Assembly: GCF_964204645.1 (NCBI RefSeq)
Contig: NC_134025.1
Coordinates: 30,794,299-30,858,298 of the forward strand
DNA length: 64,000 nucleotides
Direction: 5' to 3'
DNA from: Tubulanus polymorphus
Lineage: Eukaryota; Animalia; Nemertea
The first letter of the stretch is position 1, and each line of letters starts with the position of its first letter. Shown piece by piece: positions 53,160 through 64,000 of this stretch. The notes beneath the pieces are model-generated. The model searched no databases and was not told where the DNA came from. It saw nothing but the letters and a program-made list of their open reading frames with translations. The translations under genes were made by a program, and so were the position numbers.

Positions 53160-56100
53160 CACATTTTCAACGATAAATTGTAAAGTTTTATGCTCTGTTT
53201 TGAAGTCGTTTGTTGGGATTTCCTTTTCTTTTGCACTGATTTACTGACACTATGACTGAGGATATGAACGTTGGCTTGGAGGAGGCTACATGACAGAGTG
53301 CGGACCACCGCCGTCTGTTGGCTTTAAGACTCTCAGATGCTGCCCCAATGTGTAGACATTTTTACACCGAATGAACCAACTTAATTCTTGCTGTGCACTG
53401 AGGAAAATTGGATGTTACAAGGAAATATATTATCCTTTCAGTCCCAGGGTTCATAGTGGGCCTTGAAAGTCATAGAATGGCCTCTAAAATCCTTGAATCA
53501 TGGTCATGGTCCTTGAACGGCATCTGCCTTTACACAACAAAACATATTGCAGCTTTTGGTCGGTCGCATATAATCATCTATTGTATAGGCCTACATTATA
53601 CCAGATCTGTTTATTGTATTATTTGGTCTAGATCACTAGTCTGTTAAGTATGACAGTCAGTGGAGAACAGGGTTGTTATAAGCGGTCATTATGGACTTTC
53701 AGTTTAATAGCGAAGTCCATTTTGCTATCGCATATGAAACTTTCTTCCTTTGGTACAAAATGACTGTTTTTTCGGGTGCATATAGTCTTCGTTTTTACTA
53801 GTGCTTTGTTTTAGTAACTCTTGTTGCTATATTAAACGAATGACAAATTGCAAAATCAATCATATTTATTCTCATACAACAATTATACAAAATGCCAGGA
53901 GTGCTCGAGGAATTATAATGTAAGTTCCTCAAACACGTGGACTTTCAAAAAACAACTAGTCCAACCACCAAAGGCGTATAAACTATAAACAAGACGCCCA
54001 TATATATGGTCCAACATAGACTCTAAAACAAAAAAGTCTATGGCCCAACCATGGACTCAATTGTCCATAGCCCCCGCACTAAAACCAGAGATAAACCTGG
54101 CCAAATACTCTGGAAAGCGTAGGATTAAGTAATCAATCTGATTTACATTTTTTACATCATTTTATTTTCACATATCAAATTATTAACTTTTAACTAATTA
54201 TTTTCTCAGATTAGTTATCTCAGAAATAGTTATCTTATTTCTTCTAAAACCACATAAGTTACAATTAGGCATTTCAAAAAAGTCTCCAACATCTAACAAA
54301 TTAAAACTGGAGATAAAACCACAAATTCAGTCTGGAAAGCTTAAGATTAACTAAACAGTCTTTGATTTAATTTTCATTAACAATATTTTACAAGATAACT
54401 AGTTTTGCCGCCTTTGCCTTGTCTTTAAGAGGTTGACAGACATTATCAAATTGGTTTTTTTCTCAAATGTTACATTTAATGCAATGTAATTGGAGGTATT
54501 CTCTTCTATGCATTCAACAAGATAAATCAAGTATATTAATATTGTTCAACTGTCAATTTAAATACAGCTAGGACAATTACTAATAATTACTTTGTCAATT
54601 CTTATCTTTAAAATGCAATTAAGTTAGATTCAATAACTTTTTGAGGTGCTTCTTGTGCAGATATTTCAGGACCCATATAGACATTGTTTAAGAGTCCATA
54701 TATAGCTGGCACAATCTACTAATTAACACTGTTCATATATCTGTTCATAATTATATCATAATAAACTTTAGAGATGTTTTCTACTCATAGATGGCGACAT
54801 CTCTACCCAGTGAATGGTATTCTAATTCATTTCAGTAATTCTAAAAATTGCCCCTAATATATAACTGAAGCGTGTGCTGCCAGCATTGAGCACACTCGTC
54901 CTGTAAACAACATAAGAAACCGTCAAACCGTTTAAGAAACCGTCAATCATTCCCACACCTTGACAAATCCAGAATTCTGTAAAGCCTTAAAGATTCAATA
55001 AATCCTTCGCACAAGAGCCACAAATACAAAACCTGTAATCTTTTGATATCAACCAATATTAAATTATACAGTTGTCTTATCAACCCCTATGGTTTGGAGT
55101 TGAGCACTTTTACCTTATTCGAAGATGCTGAATTAATCTTCATCGTAGATACCTAATCAATCAATTAATGTCCTCTATAATTTAAATTGTCTCGGACAAT
55201 ATTTTATATGGGGCTTGAAATTTCTACATGAGAATAATTTCAGACCCGGTAAAAGTTTGGATTGATCACTATTTCAAACTGCTAATTTCGCATCAGAGCT
55301 TTTGATATCTAGTTTGACGAATCCAGAATTTCCCAAAACCTAACTGATTCAACAGATCCCACACACACACATGTGGCCCAGTTCGACGCAGACGACATTG
55401 CACGATACAGTTGTCTCGTCCACTGCGCTATTTTCTGAATAATTTTTCACTTATATTCATTATATTGAATTGATTTTAATTAAATTCTAGGTATCTAAGC
55501 GAACCATTAATTAGTAATCATACTAGCTATATTTTAATTGTCAGTTGAAAAATATCTATATGGAGCCTGAAAATCTACATGAGTAGAATTTCAGATGTGG
55601 TGAATTTGTCACTATTTGAATTCATCAGAAATTAAGATAAAAGCACATTTTTAGTGGTAAATTAGAAATTCCCTCAAAGCCGAATTGCTATATAATCTTT
55701 ATTTCCCTTTAGTACACTGTGTATAAGGACCGAAAGACCTTGTTATGACCGGACCTCCCTGGTGCGGTGCAAGACATGATGCTAGAAAATAGTTTGAAGG
55801 AGAGGGGTTAGTAAAAGAGAGCTATTAGGAAGAGGAATAAGACCTAAGTTTAGGATATCCTGTCAGAATAAGGCTTTCAATCTGACATACACAGTGAAAT
55901 TGAAATATTCCCCTTCCAAATTCAGGAATGTATTTGTGCATGTACAGATTTGTTTTATCTCCCTTCGATCGGAAGTAAATCTGCATGAAATGATTTTGGC
56001 AATAAGTATCAAAACTAAAACAGCTGTATGAAGACACAATAGGTTCACTAGATACAGATAAATAAATGTGCTCAGATACACATGTATCAACTACATTTTA

Positions 56101-57199
56101 AATGTCCATGGACCTGAATTAAAAATGATTTTACATAATATATTGAATTTACCTAGATATCTAAGTAATACGTTAATGAGTAATTCATCTTAGATTCTAA
56201 TTGTCAGTTAAACAATATCTATTACGCGTCACTTGACACACAGTATGGTTTTAGATATTATTTGAATCAGTAAGGTTTTGGTAAATTTTGGCAATATTAA
56301 AGAGCATGACCAGTTGCCCTAAGCACGGCAGTTGGAGATGTAAATACTGATCAGTTGATGAGACTGATTCAGATGTGCTCATACATATATCAGCTATATT
56401 GACATTTTCAGTTTAACGACATTTATATTATGGACCTGTATTATGTATAAATAGTTTTTGATCATAGAAATATTGAATTCATCTACGATTCGTTTCAAAT
56501 TTTTCAAATTGGTTACCTTCGAATATATCAATGCCATCAAATTTGTACATCTTCAATTCAGCAAATAGTTAATATTTGTGCATCAACACTGGTCTAATGT
56601 TATGTTCTATGTTTCCTAACTATGTGATATCTACACGGACAAATAGCCATAGTTGACTATGTTTAACTATGGTAAGTTGGAAGATTAAACTCATAATTCA
56701 TGTTGAAACTACCGGGTATATCTCAGTTTAGGAGTTAACTCAACAGACCTACGAGTCCAAACTAGGGACTCAACACGACCATTTACCCCTAGTGACAAAC
56801 CTAACTTGTCTTATCTATCGACCAAGGATTGAAGACCAAAATCGTGCATTAATGGAGCTTAGCTTTTATTAGACTCTCACATTGCATAAACATTATCAAA
56901 TAGTTTCCTCGAAAACACTATATCATCCATCAGACTGGTTTGAAAAAGGTGATAAGCAAAAATATCAATACTTTACTACAGAAATCCGCTATTGTCTTCG
57001 CCGCTCCTGGATCTCAGTGTTTATAACATGCACTATTATCTATGCTGCTCCTAATAAGATACACTATTGTCTTTGCTGCTTTTAAAACAGCGTTTATCCT
57101 GAATCAGTGTTTATGAGATTCCATTAGCTTTGTCGCTTGAATCAGTGTTTATAAGATTCACTATTGTCTCTGCTGCTCCTGATATTTAATGTTTTATAG

Positions 57200-59630
57200 A
57201 AATCAACCACCGATTGTAGAAGAATCCATCATCGAGTGATTAATCCGTTGCTGGTTCCTCAACTTTTCATCTGGGCTTCTGCAGTTTTCATCAGCAAATG
57301 GGTCGATCAGTATTCATCTACTTGTGAGTGTCTTCTTCAGGCCAATTTTTCTGAGATGTAGTTTGGCTGAAATAAAGTGAAGAAAGCAAAACATTATAGA
57401 CAGATTTATCATAATTTACGTGTCATTTCAAATTACAAGCCACCCTGTTTTTCACAAAGTAAAATTCATTGACGTCAATTGCTGATATAAACCCTAATAA
57501 TTAATTGCAGTAGTAGGACTAGTTCATCACTGTTTAAGACTAGTGAAGATAAAAGTTCAGTCATGTGGACCGGTAAATAGATTTTGATGATAGCCACTTA
57601 TGAAATGATATTCATATGAGGACTGAAATTTCTATACACAGATAATTTCATGTACCGGGTATATCAACTTACCTTAAAGATTGCTGCGTTCAGTTCTGGT
57701 CTTTTCTGAGCACCGTTCCAGTTAGTAGATTTTGGACGAGTAGTTAATCTCAAGCTGGGCTTTTTCTTATAGTTGAAATTCAGCTGCAATGATTAAAAGA
57801 AGATATCCTGTAATGCCAAAATATTTCATTTAGAATTTATCGAAATATTTCCACATATATCAAGTTACCTTTTATGTTTGGGTCATTATCGGCGATTATC
57901 TTATTAGTTTGTTAGTTAGTTGGCCTCAACTGTGCCCTGTTCCAGTTGGTCGATTTTGGATGAGTAGTTGATCTCAAACTGGGTTTTTCTCATAGTTGAA
58001 ATTTAGCTGCAATGATTAAAAGAAGATATCCTGTAATGACAAAATATTTCATTTCGAATTTATCGAAATAATTTCATGTATATCAAGTTACCTTTTATGA
58101 TTGCTTGGGTCATTATCGGCGTGGATCATCTTAAGTTTGTTTGTTGTTAAGTTGGATTCTTGTTGGCCTCATTGTGCCCTGTTCCAGTTGGTCGATTTTG
58201 GACGAGTAGTCGATCTCAAGCTGGGTTTTTTTCTTATAGATGAAATTCTAGCTGCAATGATTAAAAGAAGATATCCTGTAATGACAAAATATTTCATTTA
58301 GAATTTATCATAATAATTTCCATAAATAATATACCTAGAATAGCCTACTTGGTTATATTCGTAACACCGAACAAATTATAAGCAAACATATGATACCTAG
58401 TCGAATGAAATGCTCGCCATTTGGTTTTGGGTTCCACATCGGGTTTTCCCAATGGGCTTTCCCAATTACATCAGAAGTTCCCGGAATTTCCGGTATATCC
58501 AACAAACAGCCAATCACATTCAATGTAGCTCAGGTAATGAGGTCAACTCAGATAAATAGAAGCAAGAAAATTTAGGGGGTTTATAAAGTGAGGACCCGTA
58601 GGTTGAAAAGTACATCGAGATGAGTCGCACAAAAAATGGCAACACTTCCAGGAAGGATTGAACTTTTATATATTTCAATTCCAAGTATGCAAATTCTCAT
58701 GTATGAAAATGTGCCATTACTTCGTGCTAAAAAGCAGGGTTTTTACGTGTTTTTCAAGAATTAGTCCCCTAAAAATAACTTGATCACTATGAAATTTTTG
58801 TGGGCTCGAGAACTAATCATAAGCCAAACCATGACACCAAAAATCAACACTATTGGTTCAACAGCCAATGTTTGTGCCTTGTTGACACACCGGTACTCTA
58901 TTCATTTTCAATGAGAACTGCTTCTCCAGGCCATTTGCATAGGCAAACCTACGGTTCGCCAAAAATCAACTTAAATTTCAAGTTTGCTGGGTTCAGTATC
59001 GGTTAAAATGTTCTAAGTTTGTATCAAATATCAAATTACCTTTTATGATGGCTGGGTTCATTATCGGAGGATCTCCTAAGTTGGTTGGTTGAGTTTCATC
59101 CAAATTGGCCCCTTCTGTGCACTGTTGTCTAATCGGCAGATCTTAGTTGGTGAGCTCTTGTTTGACTTTTTGAGTTGGTGTCCCTTACGATCGTAACACA
59201 CCTGCCATGAGCGAAACAGGTAGGAATCGAAGTACAGATATAGTTGTGTGATCGTCGGTCGATTTTACATCATTTTTTTCGATAATTTTACAATATTTGG
59301 TCTTTTTTTCATGTAGTCCGAAAGTTTACAAGGTTGAAGTTAATTTTGTCTAATTTATTTTTTTGAAATCGAAGTACAGATATAGTTGTGTGATCGTCGG
59401 TCGATTTTACACCATTTTTTTCGGAATCGAAGTACTTCTTTGTCTTCATGGGTTTCGTCGAAGCTGAAATTGAGTAAAAGAAAAACATTTTGTAGTCACA
59501 CATTTCTTCATCATTAATCCTAATTTACATGGGTATCAACTTAACTTTCAAGATTGCCGAGTTCAGTATTTTTTCGGCATCTTCTGTAGTCACCTTCTAG
59601 CATCTTCTTCTTCAACTTCTTGGGAGTCCT
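57200..59630 (-). pseudogene. Decayed gene or lncRNA with tandemly duplicated exons of unknown origin
   Basis: Three ~220-250-bp copies (57670-58320), each with a ttttaatcattgcag acceptor and an aag|gtaa donor. Related segments at 59040-59180 and 59545-59629, further acceptor near 57367. Indels and stops in most copies. Confidence 0.5.
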
Positions 59631-59669
59631 GAAATGAAAAAAAAGAGAAGAGCGATGAAAACCTGGTAC

Positions 59670-60447
59670 GGAACAAAACTAATGTTCGAAAGCTTTACAG
59701 CTCTCCATCGCCGGTTACATGCCGAGAACACCAGACAATGAGCCAGCCAGGAATATACTGCCCTCTACACGCCCTCACACAGAACGCGAAAACCAGAATG
59801 TCAACTCCTCACATTCCCCATCTAACCACAGGGTGTACTGGGCGACGTCAGTAACTGACACACCTGTAAAATTGCACGAAACACAAATAGCGCAGTACAA
59901 CCAGCTTGACCGGGTTGAGATTCAGGATCTCAACTAGCACCCAAAAGCGTGACAAGAGACTTCATCCACTGACCGAGGTTGTCACAAGGACACAATGAAA
60001 CTAGCACTCACAAGCCGACGAGAGACTTCATCCACTGACCGGGGTTGTCACAAGGACACAATGAAAACTAGCACTCAAACTAGAAATCAAAGAGCGTGAC
60101 AGTAGAATCATCCCTCAGCCGACTCAGAATACCAGAAACAAAGAGCGTGACAGTAGAATCATCCCTCATCCGGGCGGTCACAAGGACACAATGAATGCTA
60201 GTAGCGTGACAATCCAGTCTAACCGCTCCATTTGTATCCCGCGCAATCCCACAGATATGCCCGTCATTGACATCACTCAGCACACTTTGTAGATAGGTGG
60301 GGGCAGTGAGGCCTCGTCATCCTGGTTTTCGTGTTCCGTATGAGGGCGTGTAGAGGGCAGAATTTCCTGACCGACTCTTTGTCTGACATCCTCAACACGT
60401 GACCGGCGAAGGAGAGCTGACGCTTTCGGACATTAGTTTTGTTCCAG
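59670..60447. mobile_element. Two degenerate non-LTR retrotransposon (RTE-like) 3' fragments in inverted orientation around tandem repeats
   Basis: Minus strand encodes VRKRQLSFAGHVLRM, typical of the LINE RT C-terminal region. ggaacaaaactaatg..cgaaagc and ctgccctctacacgccctca occur in both arms. Confidence 0.6.
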
Positions 60448-61565
60448 CAAACGTTGAAATTCGACAGAGAAATCGGCCCTGAAAAATAAAACGGATTAGA
60501 ACCTGAAAAATAGAACGGATTAATAAACACGGAACAGTACAGGACAGCACGGAGACGAACAGTAACACATAAAACATAAAGACGTCGTTCCTCAGGAAGC
60601 AGGAACAAGAGCAGGAGCGGGAGCGCAGCGAAAATCGCCAGGAGGAGAATCCACGGTAGCATGTTCACAGTGTGAGTGTGCAGAGGTGAATGGCCTATGC
60701 TTGTGTACACAGTGGTCAGCCGGTGATGTATTCAATAGCGCGTGTCAGAATAACATCAACAACTCTGAAAAACCGCCATTGTGTCTCTATTGTTGAATTG
60801 AATTTCAATTGAGAGCTTATAGAAGGTTCCACTGCCGCGTTGAATACGCGCCAGTAGCCAGCTATACAATATCGTGGAACTTCAATAAGGCCATAAAATA
60901 AATTAGGCCTACTTGATTCCCAACTGCTGTCCTCCGAAATTAGCCGCCGCCGCCTGGTAAAAAATAAATTGTCTGACAAACTTCATATTGTACAGTGTAC
61001 ACGTTCGTAGTTCAATTTGGTTGATGCGTACATAGAACTCAAATCAAATTTGATTTGAGTTCTATGATGTGTGTAGTGTGCACAGCATACACGTGGAAAG
61101 TGATCTATTTGAGTCATTAGGGAAAACCCCGGCACTACCATCTCGTAATAGGTCGATCATACGGTTATCACGGATTTTCATTAATAAAACTTTTTGATTC
61201 AATTAGGGGAGTGTATAATGAGACACTTCCCTGATTCAGTTGAGGCCGGGAGACATTAGGCTGTACTGGAGCACGGATCCTCCGAAATTCTACCAAAAAC
61301 CTCATGCTTGCCACTCATAATTTGAAAAAACACTTTTTTCTTTAATTTTGATACCGGTAGAACTAGAAGCCCCTAGGTGACACGAGATAATTATTTCACA
61401 ATTTGTCGAAATTCCATTTAATAAGTCGAAATTGTGAAAAGATTCGTACTGGATTCAACGGTTTATACATCATCGTGTATATAAATTTAGAAAGTCCATA
61501 TTAAGAATTTCGTTTCTTGTTCTGTTGAGAACATGTCCTGGCACCTGAGTATTTATTAACGGTTA

Positions 61566-61774
61566 GGCTAAAAAAAATGTTTCTCCGCTCTGCTGAGCTT
61601 AAAAGTTGCCCGGCCGGCCGCCTATCTACACTGTACATTACTATTTTTAAAATCGAGATCAATTTTACCATAACAGACCCGGCCGCTATAGAAATGAACT
61701 GTTTACAAATTTTATCATATTTTACAAAATGACCCGGCCGCAGCGGAGAAACAAGGTATCATTTTTGTTTAGCC
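61566..61774. mobile_element. PIF/Harbinger-type MITE (family B), inverted relative to 6785-7003
   Basis: High similarity to the 6785-7003 copy; TTA TSD; one TIR partly deleted. Confidence 0.85.
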
Positions 61775-62150
61775 TTAGTACAATTCGAATCGGGTCATGG
61801 ATTTGGGGGCGAACGGTCCTTAAAATCATGGAATGAGACTGATCATGGAGACTATGAACCCTGCTGAGTCCCCTCTTCAAGTAAACGAACACAAGATGGA
61901 TTGTAGTGTAAAACGATACTTGCGTCAATTTGTTTATTCATTCTGAACAGTTGTTACAAATGAAATTCTCATGAAACCGAACAATTAATGATAGAATGTG
62001 AAAAATCAGTGAAATATTGCCCATAATTCATATAAAACATCTACAGATGAGTCAAGTCTCTCGGCACCAATTACCTTACACATAATTTGAATAACATAAA
62101 TATGAACACAAATCTGATATATAAATAAATTTAACATCATTCTAAACCGG

Positions 62151-63935
<1,785 letters not shown>

Positions 63936-64000
63936 TCATTCAACAGTTTAGAATTAACTCTTTAGAGTTAAAATATTGGAAATTTCCTGATTTTTACTTT

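Larger units (their letters stand above)
53445..61863. mobile_element. Putative ~8.4-kb non-autonomous TIR element (CAGGG ends, hAT-like) with cargo
   Basis: 13-bp perfect inverted termini cagggttcatagt / actatgaaccctg; ccttgaa/ccttaaa + tcatggaatg subterminal motifs at both ends; flanks ttcagtcc vs ctgagtcc (6/8). No transposase ORF seen. Confidence 0.5.

Noticed and set aside
60273-60710. 145-aa ORF with a signal-peptide-like MLPWILLLAIFAALPLLLLFLL
   Set aside because: Chimeric: pyrimidine-rich low complexity, duplicated acceptor-like sequence and a frameshifted LINE fragment; no support as a real secreted protein.

Overview
AT-rich, gene-dense eukaryotic genomic DNA. It is animal, most likely a bilaterian invertebrate (inferred from gene content and short GT-AG introns). 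Eight conserved intron-containing genes lie on strictly alternating strands: TYMP(+), CIP2A(-), UBE2J1(+), MAP3K4(-), FAM161(+), ZNF410-like(-), XPO1(+) and the 3' part of SRP54(-). They form three head-to-head pairs. Introns carry many MITEs and intron-private minisatellites, several of which are amplified transposon ends. The most notable observations are: (1) a FAM161-ZNF410-XPO1 triad whose order and orientation match both human paralogous loci (2p15 and 14q24); (2) an about 8.4-kb segment between XPO1 and SRP54 bounded by 13-bp inverted termini and carrying a decayed array of duplicated exons plus an inverted LINE-tail pair; (3) a 254-bp inverted repeat with two opposed Penelope-type minimal hammerhead ribozyme motifs; (4) a candidate frameshifting exon in XPO1 created by local duplication. 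No prokaryotic systems, CRISPR arrays, rRNA or intact tRNA genes were seen. Exon coordinates were read by eye and may be off by a few nt.
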